This document shows, in pieces, positions 54,794-64,000 of a stretch of DNA of 64,000 nucleotides. The DNA comes from a virus: positions 13,133 to 77,132 of IMG/VR virus record IMGVR_UViG_3300029585_000085; one strand, 5' to 3'. Position numbers and translations under genes: made by a program. Every line of letters starts with the position of its first letter. The first letter of the stretch is position 1. A model generated the notes under the pieces. The model saw nothing but the letters and a program-made list of their open reading frames with translations, did not search any database and had not been told where the DNA came from.

Positions 54794-55833
54794 TTCACCC
54801 GGAAATCGCGAATGGGTTCACCGGTGAACTTGTCCTTGGCCTCGTCGAACTCCAGGTCCGTGAGACCGCCGACGTCCCGGAGGTAGGTGGCCAGCTTGCC
54901 GTAGCTCACCGAGCCCCGCTCCCGGCGCTTCCATGTCGCGACGGGCTTCCCGTTCGGTCCGAGGAGTCCCTGCTTGCCGCCGATCGCGAGTTGAATCTCC
55001 TGGGCCGCGAGCTTCTTCCGGCCCTCGGCCGCCTTCATGTCCGCGCGTGCTGCCTTGTACTCGGCGATGTGCTTAGCGCACTCGGCCGGCATCTCGATCA
55101 TATCGGCAGTGTGTAGCTTGAAGCGCTCGGCGACGTACTCAGAGAACCCCTTGGTACCGTCGGGCTCGGGCTCGATGCCATTCTGGATTTTGTTCCAGAA
55201 GATCTCCCCCTCTTCGAGGAGGTAGTCCTCGACCTCCTGGTCGTGGGGGATGTGGAAGACCCGGTACAGGTGGGTATCGATCAGCGCCGAGAGGTCGGCC
55301 TCCTGGCAGCCGGTGAGCGCCATGTACTGAGCCACCTGGATGCGCTTGTCGTCGGGAACCTGCATGGCTTCTAGGTCGTACTCCTTGGCGCCAAAGAACC
55401 CGTGGCTCTTGCCCTCCCACAGCTTCTGTAGGTTCTTGATGTGAATCTCCTCGCCGGTCTCCGCGTTGAGGACGTAGCAGGTCGTCCCGTCGAGTGCGTC
55501 GTCCCATGCGGGGTTGAAGACCAGCCGGTCCGGCGTGCCCATGAGCCAGGACACATCGGGGTGCCGGAAGGTGGTCGGCTCGATCAGCCTCATCCCCGTC
55601 TCTTGTGCGTAGCGGTCCGCCAGGAAGGGCTCCAGGATGTGCCCCCACTCCGTCCGCTCGTTGCCCATGAAGGGCTCCGGGGGCGCAACGTTGATGGGGA
55701 GGCCTAGCTGGTGTCTTTTTTCCAGGTAGACATCGATCGGGCTCCGGTATTCGGAGAGCCCTAAAATTGCAACCATATCGGTCCCGCCAAGCCCGGTAGC
55801 CCGGACCGCGAGTTGTTCTTGAGTCAACGCCAT
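54790..55833 (-). CDS. YqaJ-like viral recombinase exonuclease
   Basis: LGGTDMVAILG...PIDVYLEK, EWGHILE, GTPDRL, EGKS, QVAQYM. Confidence 0.9.
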   Translation of the reverse strand: MALTQEQLAVRATGLGGTDMVAILGLSEYRSPIDVYLEKRHQLGLPINVAPPEPFMGNERTEWGHILEPFLADRYAQETGMRLIEPTTFRHPDVSWLMGTPDRLVFNPAWDDALDGTTCYVLNAETGEEIHIKNLQKLWEGKSHGFFGAKEYDLEAMQVPDDKRIQVAQYMALTGCQEADLSALIDTHLYRVFHIPHDQEVEDYLLEEGEIFWNKIQNGIEPEPDGTKGFSEYVAERFKLHTADMIEMPAECAKHIAEYKAARADMKAAEGRKKLAAQEIQLAIGGKQGLLGPNGKPVATWKRRERGSVSYGKLATYLRDVGGLTDLEFDEAKDKFTGEPIRDFRVK

Positions 55834-55882
55834 GACTTTCTAGCCTTTCTTTTTCCGTAAAACCGGGACTAACATAGCGTCA

Positions 55883-56158
55883 ATGTCTCGGGGAAAGAAA
55901 GACGAAACGCGCGGAAGAAAACGATCGGAGCCGATCACGGGATTTGGCCGGTGGTTTGCGGCCAGCGGGCTGAAAGTCGAAGACATCCGAGACGTTCTCG
56001 GGTGCTCGCGGACAGGCGCATATGACCGGATTAGCGGCAAAAAGACCCCGACTATCGAGGAGGCCGTGGCCCTCATCCGCTACAGCCGAGCACGGCGCGG
56101 GAAGGTCCTGAGGCTGGAGGACTTCCTCCCGGACGATCCCGAAGAACCGGAAAATTAG
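55883..56158 (+). CDS. Cro/XRE-like HTH regulator
   Basis: VEDIRDVLGCSRTGAYDRISGKKTPTIEEA; divergent from the recombination operon. Confidence 0.75.
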   Translation: MSRGKKDETRGRKRSEPITGFGRWFAASGLKVEDIRDVLGCSRTGAYDRISGKKTPTIEEAVALIRYSRARRGKVLRLEDFLPDDPEEPEN

Positions 56159-56330
56159 CGGGACCCCCTTGCCAAGATCTCCGGGTTTGGCGTAAGTGTG
56201 GTCCCGGAACATGACTGCCGAACGCAGACAGAACTTCTTTTTTCAGGCGCGGCCTACCCTCGATGACGTGCGTTTTGCATCGGTCATGTTCCAACGAGGG
56301 TGGGCCGTTCCTGTTTTTAGGAGTTGAGAG

Positions 56331-56501
56331 ATGCCCAAAAAAGTCGCGCTCGACCGGAAGGAAGTCGAGGGAGTCCTGCTTCAGTGGCTGAGGGAGAAGC
56401 ACGCGATCGAGTTTGTCGATCCGCTTTTTAGTTTTGAGTCCTCGGACTCCCTGGTCGAGGTGGAAACCATCCAGGTAGAGGAGACGCCGCCTCCGTTCTA
56501 A
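56331..56501 (+). CDS. 56-aa acidic small protein (MPKKVALDRK...PPPF); not in ORF track
   Basis: AGGAG RBS; TAATG coupling to the initiator gene. Confidence 0.6.
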   Translation: MPKKVALDRKEVEGVLLQWLREKHAIEFVDPLFSFESSDSLVEVETIQVEETPPPF

Positions 56502-57436
56502 TGGCGAAGGGTGGGTACATAAAACTCCATCGCCTCATGCTGGAGTCTTGGGTCAACGACCTCAAGCCGGCCTACTTCAAGGTGACCGTGAACCTCCTTT
56601 TGATGGCGAACTGGAAGCCCGGTCGCCGGATTTTCGGAGGCAGGCATGTCGAAATCGGGCGGGGGCAGGTGGCCTCAAGTCTCGATTCGATCGCCGAAAA
56701 GTGCCCCGGAGTGACGAAGAACCAGGTTAGAGCTGCGCTGAAACTCCTACAGAAATGCGAATTTTTGCGCATAGAACCCACACGCGGTTTTACGCACCTA
56801 ACAATTCTGAATTACAGCAAATATCAGGCATGGGAAGAGGACGACCCACACTCAAACCACACTACTTCCACACAACTTCCACACGACTCCCACACTGCTT
56901 CCACACCAATAGAAGAAGGTAAAGAAGGGGTAGAAGGTAAGAACGGAAAACCACACCTGTCCGCGGTTGACACCCCGGACCCGCCTCCCCCTGAAAAGAA
57001 AAAGCCCAGCGACTCGGCCCTTCGGGCTGCCGAGTACCTGAAGGACAAGATCCTCAGCCAGGACCCGGGGCAGCCTCTGGCGACCTCGTGGACGGAGCCG
57101 AAGAAGACGGCCTGGGCCAAGAAGCTGGACCTGCTTCACGGCAAGGACAAGCAGGCATGGCCAGACATCAGGGCCGCCATCGACTGGCTCTTCGGCACGG
57201 ACAACACCTTCGTGGTGCTCTCTGCCCGGAGCCTGAGGGACAAGTTCGGGAACATCCGGGTCGCCATGAAGGCCGACAAGACCCCGCAGTACGTCAACGG
57301 CCAGCGCAAGCTCCCACCCCCGACAGCCCCGGCCCCAGAGCCGGAGAGGCCACCAGGTGAAACCCCGGAGCAATGGCGCGAGCGGCGGCGCAAGGAGCGC
57401 GAGGAGCGAGAAAGGCAGGCAAATGAGCAAGGGTAA
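56501..57436 (+). CDS. Phage replication initiator (O/replisome organizer-like)
   Basis: GYIKLHR...NLLLMANW...RGQVASS N-domain; upstream of DnaB. Confidence 0.85.
   Translation: MAKGGYIKLHRLMLESWVNDLKPAYFKVTVNLLLMANWKPGRRIFGGRHVEIGRGQVASSLDSIAEKCPGVTKNQVRAALKLLQKCEFLRIEPTRGFTHLTILNYSKYQAWEEDDPHSNHTTSTQLPHDSHTASTPIEEGKEGVEGKNGKPHLSAVDTPDPPPPEKKKPSDSALRAAEYLKDKILSQDPGQPLATSWTEPKKTAWAKKLDLLHGKDKQAWPDIRAAIDWLFGTDNTFVVLSARSLRDKFGNIRVAMKADKTPQYVNGQRKLPPPTAPAPEPERPPGETPEQWRERRRKEREERERQANEQG
56846..56943 (+). repeat. Iteron-like array (6 x CCACAC at 11-bp period) plus purine tract; putative replication origin
   Basis: CCACAC starts at 56846, 56857, 56868, 56879, 56890, 56901; AGAAGAAGGTAAAGAAGG tract follows. 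Confidence 0.75.
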
Positions 57437-58700
57437 GGCAGACACGGTCACGGGGCGCTTGACGGCCCACAACGCGGAGGCAGCGGTCCTCGGCTCGGTT
57501 CTGCTCGACTCCAGCATCATGGGCTGGCTCAAGCTCTCCGAGGAGCACTTCAGCCACCCGATGCACATCCGAATCTACCGGGCGATGGCCAAGCTCTACG
57601 AGGAGGATGGCCCCATCGACGAGATCGCCCTGGAGGATGCCCTCGGTCCTGGCTCGGGTGTGGACCTCGCGGACATCTCGCGGATCGCCATTTCGACCCC
57701 GACCGCCGACAACGCGGAGTACTGGGTGAAGATTCTCGAAGAGCACCGGCGCCTCCGGTCTCTTTCGCGAAGCGTCTCCGAGGCGCAGAAGTACCTCACC
57801 GAGGCAGGAACGCAGACCTCGGACGAGATCGTGGATGAGCTTCTTCGGGACCTGGCCGAACTCAACACCGTCGAGGAGTCCGACTCCATCACGATGGCCG
57901 AGGCCGCCGATGCGGAACTTGCGCGGATGGAAACCCAGTGGGAGGGCGGCGACGCCCATCCGCGAATCAAGCTCGGGGTCGACAGGCTCGACAAGGAGAT
58001 CGGGGGCTGCCCCATCGGAGTTCTTACGGCGCTTGGCGCCCGTCCCGGCGTCGGTAAGTCGACCATGCTTTGGAACTTCTGCAACTACCGGGCAAGCCTT
58101 GGCGAGAACGTCATCGTCTTCACGAACGAGGACAAGCCGAACGTTGGCGCCCGCCTTGGGCTGGCGAACGCCACGGGCATCGAGAGGATCCGACTACTCA
58201 ACGGCGACGTGAACGCAGAAGAGAAGTTCAAGATTCGGCAAGCCGTCGAGAGGATGAGGCAGGTCAACGAGCGCTACCACGTCGTGAAGATTCACGGAAA
58301 GAAGATGCGCGAGATCTGCCGAGAGGCCAAGGCGCTCATCCGTCGCTACTCGGTGAAATTCGTAGCCCTCGACTACATCCAGAACGTTCCCAACCCTGAT
58401 CGCAACATGACCAGGAACTATGGAATCGAGGAGAACCTCACCCACCTCGAAGCCATGGTCGCCGAGGAAGACATCGCAATGATGATGATCGGCCAGATTA
58501 AGCGAATCGAGGACAATCGGCGCCCGCAGATGGACGACTTCAAGGACTCCGGCTCTATCGAGCAGAAGTGCAAGCTCATGATGATTCTCAGCGATGGCGA
58601 GTACAACACGATGGACATCGACATTGTGAAGAACTCCGAGGGCCGAATGGGTGGAACGGTCAACATCGACATCGACAAGGGACTCGGGAGGGTTGGCTAG
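57423..58700 (+). CDS. dnaB: DnaB-like replicative helicase
   Basis: AEAAVLGSVLL, GARPGVGKS, LDYIQ, DFKDSGSIEQ, VKN motifs. Confidence 0.93.
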   Translation: MSKGKADTVTGRLTAHNAEAAVLGSVLLDSSIMGWLKLSEEHFSHPMHIRIYRAMAKLYEEDGPIDEIALEDALGPGSGVDLADISRIAISTPTADNAEYWVKILEEHRRLRSLSRSVSEAQKYLTEAGTQTSDEIVDELLRDLAELNTVEESDSITMAEAADAELARMETQWEGGDAHPRIKLGVDRLDKEIGGCPIGVLTALGARPGVGKSTMLWNFCNYRASLGENVIVFTNEDKPNVGARLGLANATGIERIRLLNGDVNAEEKFKIRQAVERMRQVNERYHVVKIHGKKMREICREAKALIRRYSVKFVALDYIQNVPNPDRNMTRNYGIEENLTHLEAMVAEEDIAMMMIGQIKRIEDNRRPQMDDFKDSGSIEQKCKLMMILSDGEYNTMDIDIVKNSEGRMGGTVNIDIDKGLGRVG

Positions 58701-59299
58701 TGGCCGGCAAAGGAGAATTCTCATCGCTGTCCCCCGACTATGGGACGCCAGACAACTACGTGGACTCGGCGCGCTACGTCTTCAACGGGGAGATCGACTA
58801 CGACCCATGCAGCTCCGAGCTATTCAACACGGTGATCCGTGCGCTGAAGATTTATACCCGCAGCGACAACGGGCTGGCCGAGCACAACCACTGGGTGGGC
58901 AATGGACTGGTCAACCCTCCGGGTGATAAGTCCGGCAACCTTGTGAAGAGGTTCTGGGAGAAGCTGGTCCGCGAATGGATGTGCGGAAGGACGACGGCCG
59001 CCATCTACGTCGGCTTCAACATCAACCAACTCCAGACACTGCAACGGACCCGCGTCGAGGCGAACCCGATGCACTTCCCCATCTGCGTGCCCGAAGGCCG
59101 GATGGAGTTTTCGACGACGTCGAAGGACCACCAGATCGCCCTCTTCGGAGAGAAGCCGCGCGAGCTAGTTGTTGCCGACGACCCAGGGCACCCGAACTTC
59201 ATCGCCCTTCTTCCCGACAAGCGGAAGCCGTGGATGGTGGACCGGTTCTACCGAGAGTTCTCCAAGTATGGGGCAGTAACTATCCCCCGCATTCACTAA
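58700..59299 (+). CDS. Phage N6-adenine methyltransferase-like (Dam_2-type) with NPPG motif
   Basis: DYGTP, IDYDPCSS, LVNPPG, PICVP..RMEF. Confidence 0.7.
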   Translation: MAGKGEFSSLSPDYGTPDNYVDSARYVFNGEIDYDPCSSELFNTVIRALKIYTRSDNGLAEHNHWVGNGLVNPPGDKSGNLVKRFWEKLVREWMCGRTTAAIYVGFNINQLQTLQRTRVEANPMHFPICVPEGRMEFSTTSKDHQIALFGEKPRELVVADDPGHPNFIALLPDKRKPWMVDRFYREFSKYGAVTIPRIH

Positions 59300-59315
59300 C
59301 GAAAGGACAGAGACA

Positions 59316-59642
59316 ATGGAACGCAAGCAAGGACAAATCCCAGGAACAGAGCGCCAGGAGATCGAAGATCTCACGGACGCCGCCGAGGCCTACCGAAAAG
59401 TTCGGAGCGCACGGCAAGACCTCAACATCAAGGAGGCCGAGCAGAAGGCACACCTTCAGGCAACCATCGACCGGCTCATCGAAGAAGGGGAGATCACTCT
59501 CAAAGAAGATGCCGAAGAGGCTCAGGTCATCTATCGCTACGAGGACGAAAACGGAGACATCCAGGACGTCAAGTACGGGCATGGCAAGACCATCCTCAAG
59601 GTCAACAAGTCGAAGGTTGCACACGACGGCGACGACGAATGA
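59316..59642 (+). CDS. Hypothetical protein
   Basis: 108 aa, helical, AAGGA RBS. Confidence 0.75.
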   Translation: MERKQGQIPGTERQEIEDLTDAAEAYRKVRSARQDLNIKEAEQKAHLQATIDRLIEEGEITLKEDAEEAQVIYRYEDENGDIQDVKYGHGKTILKVNKSKVAHDGDDE

Positions 59643-60280
59643 TCTCCTTCTTCATTCACGGCGATCCGGCCCCGAAAGGTTCAGCGCGAGCCATGATGGG
59701 GCCGCCTCGCGGCAAACCCTGCAAGGTGTGCAAGCAGGTGAAGCGCGGGCATCCCATTGTCATCAACGCGAACGACAGGACGAAGGGATGGGAGAAGGCG
59801 GTGCGCGGTGCAGCTAGGGCAGCAATGCTCAAAGCGGACCCGGTCGTCGGAGCCGTGAAGCTCGACATCGTCTTCTTCATGGCCAGGCCTAAGAACCACT
59901 ACGTGAGTGGGGATAAGTCTCGGCCACTGAAGACAGGCATAGACAAGAAGGGCAAGGAGCGCGCCCCTGTTGTTCATACGCAGACCCCCGACCTCGACAA
60001 GCTTGAGAGAGCTTTGATCGACGGGCTCCGGGATATCTGCTTCGGCGATGACTGCTTCGTCGCTTGTATTAGTTCGCTGAAGTTGTGGGGGCCGAAGGGC
60101 GGCGCCCGCGTAGTGATAGAGGAGTTGGGTCTGGATGAAATTCGAGGACGAGACGAGGGTGACCTTCTGCGGAAGAGCGGCAGGGGCGAGTTGGTACAAG
60201 GAACTGGGGAGGGTGTTCATCAGCCTCAGTTGTTCGAAGAACTCGGCGAAGTCGAGAAAGGAAGCGGAGGCCGTGGCTAG
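59639..60280 (+). CDS. rusA: RusA-family Holliday junction resolvase
   Basis: GDPAPKGS, PDLDKLERALIDGL...DD..V. Confidence 0.9.
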   Translation: MISFFIHGDPAPKGSARAMMGPPRGKPCKVCKQVKRGHPIVINANDRTKGWEKAVRGAARAAMLKADPVVGAVKLDIVFFMARPKNHYVSGDKSRPLKTGIDKKGKERAPVVHTQTPDLDKLERALIDGLRDICFGDDCFVACISSLKLWGPKGGARVVIEELGLDEIRGRDEGDLLRKSGRGELVQGTGEGVHQPQLFEELGEVEKGSGGRG

Positions 60281-60386
60281 GAAGATTTGCGCGAGCCACG
60301 GCCTTCCGACGAACTGGAAGTGCAAGATGGTGAAGCGCTTCAGAAACATGCCGGACCTGTGTCTGGTCGTAGGAGAGATGAAATGA
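60135..60386 (+). CDS. Hypothetical protein overlapping the rusA tail
   Basis: 83 aa; GGAG upstream; ATGA coupling downstream. Confidence 0.5.
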   Translation: MKFEDETRVTFCGRAAGASWYKELGRVFISLSCSKNSAKSRKEAEAVARKICASHGLPTNWKCKMVKRFRNMPDLCLVVGEMK

Positions 60387-60658
60387 TCGTGTGTCCAATC
60401 ACGCAGCTCGAATGCAAGAGCATGGAGTGCTCGAAGACCGAACTCGGAAAACTTCCGATGTACGACTGCAAGCTCACGGCGGGAAAGAAAGACATGCCCC
60501 GGGGGCAGGTTGCCGAGGAACTCCGGGAACTCCATCCCACTCGGCAAATGCAGAAGATCGTGGACTACATCGAAAGCAGCGTCCCGATGGACAAGAGGAT
60601 GGGAACGCACGCGGAGACCGCCATCTATCTTATGCAGGTAGCCCTCTCCAAAAGGTAG
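60383..60658 (+). CDS. Hypothetical Cys-rich protein
   Basis: 91 aa, AGGAG RBS. Confidence 0.6.
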   Translation: MIVCPITQLECKSMECSKTELGKLPMYDCKLTAGKKDMPRGQVAEELRELHPTRQMQKIVDYIESSVPMDKRMGTHAETAIYLMQVALSKR

Positions 60659-60663
60659 CCCTC

Positions 60664-61137
60664 ATGGCGTTGAAGGCTAAAGACATCACGGCGCTACTGC
60701 GCAAGCGTCACAGCTTCGTCGACCACGTCTTCGTGGAAGAGCTGCGCGGCGGCTCAGGCTGGGGCAAGGACAGCGAGCGCCGGATCGATGCATGGACGAT
60801 GCACCACCATCCATCGAAGGGAAACAAGCGGACCGCCTACGAGGTGAAGATCTCGCGGAGTGACTTCCTCAAGGATGTGAAGGACCCGCTGAAGCATCGA
60901 CCCGCTCTTCGGTTCTCGAACGAGTTCTATTTCGTCGCGCCGGAGGGGATGCTGAAGGCCGAGGACCTCCCTTTGTTTGCCGGCCTGCTTGAGGTCAAGG
61001 AAGACAACGAGGGGAATCCATACATCCCAGTGCGCCCGACTGTCGAGGCACCATGGCGCGACACCATTCCGCCGAGCTGGCGCTTCGTTGTGAGCTTGGT
61101 CCGTAATGTTGAGAAAGAAGCGAGGAAGAGAAAATGA
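60664..61137 (+). CDS. MmcB-like PD-(D/E)XK nuclease
   Basis: RRIDAW...YEVKISRSDFLKD...NEFYFVAP...GLLEV. Confidence 0.8.
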   Translation: MALKAKDITALLRKRHSFVDHVFVEELRGGSGWGKDSERRIDAWTMHHHPSKGNKRTAYEVKISRSDFLKDVKDPLKHRPALRFSNEFYFVAPEGMLKAEDLPLFAGLLEVKEDNEGNPYIPVRPTVEAPWRDTIPPSWRFVVSLVRNVEKEARKRK

Positions 61138-61694
61138 TGATTACGACAAGAACAGGCAAGAGGGTGAGCCTAGTCGATCCCAACTACAGAGACATCGACA
61201 TGGAGGACATTGCCCACGCCCTGAGCATGCAGTGCCGATTCAATGGCCACACCAAAGAGTTCTATTCCGTGGCTCAGCATAGCTGCCTGGTCTCGCACTA
61301 CGTCGGCGAGATGGGAGGGACCAGAAGGGAGCAGTTCGCCGCCCTCATGCACGATGCCCACGAAGCGTATATGGGCGACATATTCGGACCGATGAAGGAG
61401 TTCGGCAGCATCGAGCGAGACCTCCACTACATCGAGAGGCAGCTAGACGACGCGATCGCGACCCGCTTCAACATCGTGATGGACGCAGAGCTTCGCAAAC
61501 TCATCAAGCACGCCGATATGACTCTCCTGGTCACCGAGGCGCGCGACCTGCTTGAAGCAGACACCTCCGACTGGTTTCGCGGCTACCGCCGATGGGACTG
61601 GGAGATTCAAGCGCAGAGCCAGCCCGATGCGAAGCTTGCGTTCCTGGAGAGAGCGCGAAGCCTAACGAATCCGCCGGAGGTCGCTTTCGCATGA
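61134..61694 (+). CDS. HD-domain 5'-deoxynucleotidase (YfbR-like)
   Basis: DIAHALS..CRFNGH...YSVAQHS...LMHDAHEAYMGD. Confidence 0.9.
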   Translation: MMITTRTGKRVSLVDPNYRDIDMEDIAHALSMQCRFNGHTKEFYSVAQHSCLVSHYVGEMGGTRREQFAALMHDAHEAYMGDIFGPMKEFGSIERDLHYIERQLDDAIATRFNIVMDAELRKLIKHADMTLLVTEARDLLEADTSDWFRGYRRWDWEIQAQSQPDAKLAFLERARSLTNPPEVAFA

Positions 61695-61900
61695 GCTGGC
61701 GTCTAGGAATGAGCGCAAGTGAAGCTCGCGGCCTGGGCCTTGATGTGCCGGACAAGGTCCCCGACCACGCGATACTGGTCGCGGACAAGGTGAGCGTAGG
61801 CAGCTGCGAGCCAGAACCCAACGGCGTCGTGAAAGTTCCAATCACCATGCAGGGGACTTGGACCTGGTGCGAAATAAACGTGGAGATAGAGGACGAATGA
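61691..61900 (+). CDS. Small hypothetical protein
   Basis: 69 aa, ATGA couplings on both sides. Confidence 0.6.
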   Translation: MSWRLGMSASEARGLGLDVPDKVPDHAILVADKVSVGSCEPEPNGVVKVPITMQGTWTWCEINVEIEDE

Positions 61901-63696
61901 GGAAGATAGATTTTGCCAGCAACCTGGAGTTTTCGACCGATGTGATCACCGAGGTGCTCTCCGTCATTGCGAAGAGAGGGTCGGGAAAGACGTACACGGC
62001 GACGAAGCTCGCGGAGGGGATGCTCTCCGTCGGTGCTCAGACCGTTGTCATCGATCCGGTTGGTAATTGGTACGGCCTCCGCCTCGGCTCGAATGGGAAG
62101 CCCGAAGGGGGAATGGACATCAAGATTCTCGGAGGCAGGCACGGGGACATCCCGCTTGAAGCCTCGGCCGGTGCCCTCGTTGCCAAGACCCTCATCGAAA
62201 CCGGTATGAGCGCGATCCTCGACCTCACCCTGATGACGAAGGCGAAGCAGCGGCGCTTTGTCACCGAGTTCTCGGAGGCCCTGCTTGAAGGGCGCAAGCT
62301 CGCGCCGGCGGCCATGCATATCTTCTGGGAGGAGGCCTATCGCTTCATGCCGCAGAAGATGGCGAAGGGCTCGAAGAACGAGATGCTCGAAGCAACCGAG
62401 GAGCTTGTGACCATGGGGCGCAACTTCGGAATCGGTGGGACCATCATCTGCCAGCGAGCTGCCCAGGTCTCAAAGACCTGCCTCACGCAGGCCAGCATCC
62501 TTGTGGCCATGAACACGATCGGCGCAGACCGGAAGGTCATCCTCGACTGGATCGACCACAAGGGCATGGACAAGAACACGAAGGAGACCACGAAGCTCTC
62601 CGACTTGAAGAAGGGGCAGGCTTTCGTTTGGTGGCCTGAGGAGTTCGGGATTGTTCGCGTGAAGGTATCGAAGAAGAAGACCTACGATGCCAGCTCGACC
62701 CCGAAGTTCGGCGACAAGGCCAGGGCCAAGAACCTGAAGCCCATCGACCTCGGCGCGCTTCAGGAGAGCATGGCGGAGACCATCGAAAGGGCCAAGAGCG
62801 AAGACCCTAGACATCTGCGAAAGAAGATCGCCGAGCTAGAGAAGAAGGTCCGCACTCTTGGCGACCAGCCCCTTAACATCCAGCAGGTCCCGGTTCCAGT
62901 TATTGACGAAGAAGCAGTCCGCCAGGTCGACGAATACCTCGCGCAGCTCTCCGACACAGCAGGAGACATGGCAGAGAGGCTTCACTCCTACCGGAGCGAC
63001 ATTCTCAGGGTGGGGAAAGAATTCGGCAAGGCCATTGACGCGGCGAGGCATGCGATGGCGGCCGCCGCCGACACCTATCGAGAATCGGTGGCCAAGGTGA
63101 ACGAACATCGCAAACGGATGCCCGTGGTAACAGCCAAGCAGAAGGACGACTTCCGAAAGCGCTGGGAGGAGACGGGGGTGGTCTTCCACACCAGCACGAG
63201 GAAGAATTACGGGCAGGCCTTGCAAGAGGCGCCGCTCAAGAAGGGGGCGCGGAGGATGCTGGAGGTCTTGGCCGCACTCTCCCCCGGAGGAATGACGAAG
63301 CGCCAGGTGGCGACGGGGGCCAAGCTGAAATCCACCAGCGGGACCTTCTCGACGTACTGGTCCGCACTCAAGACGGTCGACCTCATCGAGGAGCGCGATG
63401 GGCTCTGGTACATCACCGATCTCGGATTCGAACGACTCGGAGAGGATGCGCCACGCCCCCCAAGGGGCAGGGAGGAGCTTCTCGACTTCTGGTGCGACCG
63501 ACTCAAAGGCAAGGAGCGCGAGATCCTCCGCCTGCTCGCCGGCGACAACCGCGGGATGGACAAGCAGGAGATCGGCGACGCCGTTGGCCTCAGCCACACC
63601 AGCGGGACCTTCTCGACCTACCTGAGCACCCTCACGGCGAACCGCCTGGCCTACAAGTCGAACGGCCTATACTTCTCGGCAGAGGAGCTTCGGTAA
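61897..63696 (+). CDS. HerA/DUF87-like ATPase with tandem C-terminal winged-helix domains
   Basis: AKRGSGKT, WEEAYRFMPQ, MGRNFGIG..ICQR; duplicated TSGTFSTY module. Confidence 0.85.
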   Translation: MRKIDFASNLEFSTDVITEVLSVIAKRGSGKTYTATKLAEGMLSVGAQTVVIDPVGNWYGLRLGSNGKPEGGMDIKILGGRHGDIPLEASAGALVAKTLIETGMSAILDLTLMTKAKQRRFVTEFSEALLEGRKLAPAAMHIFWEEAYRFMPQKMAKGSKNEMLEATEELVTMGRNFGIGGTIICQRAAQVSKTCLTQASILVAMNTIGADRKVILDWIDHKGMDKNTKETTKLSDLKKGQAFVWWPEEFGIVRVKVSKKKTYDASSTPKFGDKARAKNLKPIDLGALQESMAETIERAKSEDPRHLRKKIAELEKKVRTLGDQPLNIQQVPVPVIDEEAVRQVDEYLAQLSDTAGDMAERLHSYRSDILRVGKEFGKAIDAARHAMAAAADTYRESVAKVNEHRKRMPVVTAKQKDDFRKRWEETGVVFHTSTRKNYGQALQEAPLKKGARRMLEVLAALSPGGMTKRQVATGAKLKSTSGTFSTYWSALKTVDLIEERDGLWYITDLGFERLGEDAPRPPRGREELLDFWCDRLKGKEREILRLLAGDNRGMDKQEIGDAVGLSHTSGTFSTYLSTLTANRLAYKSNGLYFSAEELR

Positions 63697-64000
63697 TGGG
63701 CAAGGATTCGCAAATTGAATGGACTCACCACACCTTCAACCCGTGGTGGGGATGCGTGAAGGTCTCGGCAGCGTGCAAGAACTGCTACGCGGAGACCCAC
63801 AGCAACCGATTCGGCGGAGACCACTGGGGCGCGACGTCGACCCGGAAGTTCTTCGGGGAGAAGCACTGGAACAACCCGCTCCGCTGGAATCGCAAGGCCG
63901 GCGAACTCGGGGAGAAGCATCGGGTCTTTTGCGCCTCAATGGCGGACGTCTTCGAGATTCACCAGAACCCGGAGATCAACGCACTGCTCGACGCGGAGCG
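63696..64000 (+). CDS. DUF5131 (phage Gp37/Gp68) radical-SAM-like protein, 3'-truncated; not in ORF track
   Basis: Manual translation MGKDSQIEWTHHTFNPWWGCVKVSAACKNCYAE...RVFCASMADVFE. Confidence 0.9.
   Translation, partial: MGKDSQIEWTHHTFNPWWGCVKVSAACKNCYAETHSNRFGGDHWGATSTRKFFGEKHWNNPLRWNRKAGELGEKHRVFCASMADVFEIHQNPEINALLDAE

Larger units (their letters stand above)
1..64000. mobile_element. Tailed dsDNA phage/prophage genome segment (contractile tail)
   Basis: Ordered head-neck-sheath-tube-tape measure-baseplate-lysis operon, then recombination and replication modules; no host housekeeping genes seen. Confidence 0.97.

Noticed and set aside
61134-61694. Z-genome (2-aminoadenine) system suggested by a DatZ-like HD enzyme plus MazG
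   Set aside because: No PurZ or DNA polymerase gene in the window; generic YfbR-like assignment is sufficient
1-64000. CRISPR array, diversity-generating retroelement, invertible fibre cassette, IS element
   Set aside because: No regularly spaced repeats, reverse transcriptase, TR/VR pair, recombinase or transposase seen

Overview
The whole window is a contiguous piece of a GC-rich tailed phage genome, most likely a myovirus-type (contractile tail) phage or prophage of a diderm host. 1-37.6 kb (+) is the virion operon: portal, MuF-like head protein, scaffold, major capsid, neck, sheath, tube, a -1 frameshifting tail chaperone, tape measure, baseplate, many fibre/Ig-like proteins and a lysis cassette with overlapped spanins. 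An amidase endolysin lies on the opposite strand at 38-38.9 kb. 39-56 kb (mostly -) is early/accessory: MazG-like, DnaQ exonuclease, SMC/Rad50-like ATPase, UvrD helicase, ParB-methylase (+), a QueD plus TGT/DpdA-like pair, RecT/YqaJ and a spermidine-synthase-like transferase. 55.9-64 kb (+) is replication: HTH regulator, initiator with an 11-bp iteron array, DnaB, adenine methylase, RusA, MmcB-like nuclease, HD nucleotidase, HerA-wHTH and a truncated DUF5131. No terminase, integrase, CRISPR array or canonical tRNA was found. The most striking unexplained signals are non-coding: (i) a ~570-nt densely structured region after the capsid gene that contains a minimal tRNA elbow; (ii) a ~175-nt RNA at 42.2 kb that folds as two fused tRNA elbows; (iii) a recurrent GTCGTCAACA motif that links two duplicated divergent promoter regions and the loop of a third structured element. 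All assignments come from motif recognition and manual folding; no database search or folding software was run.
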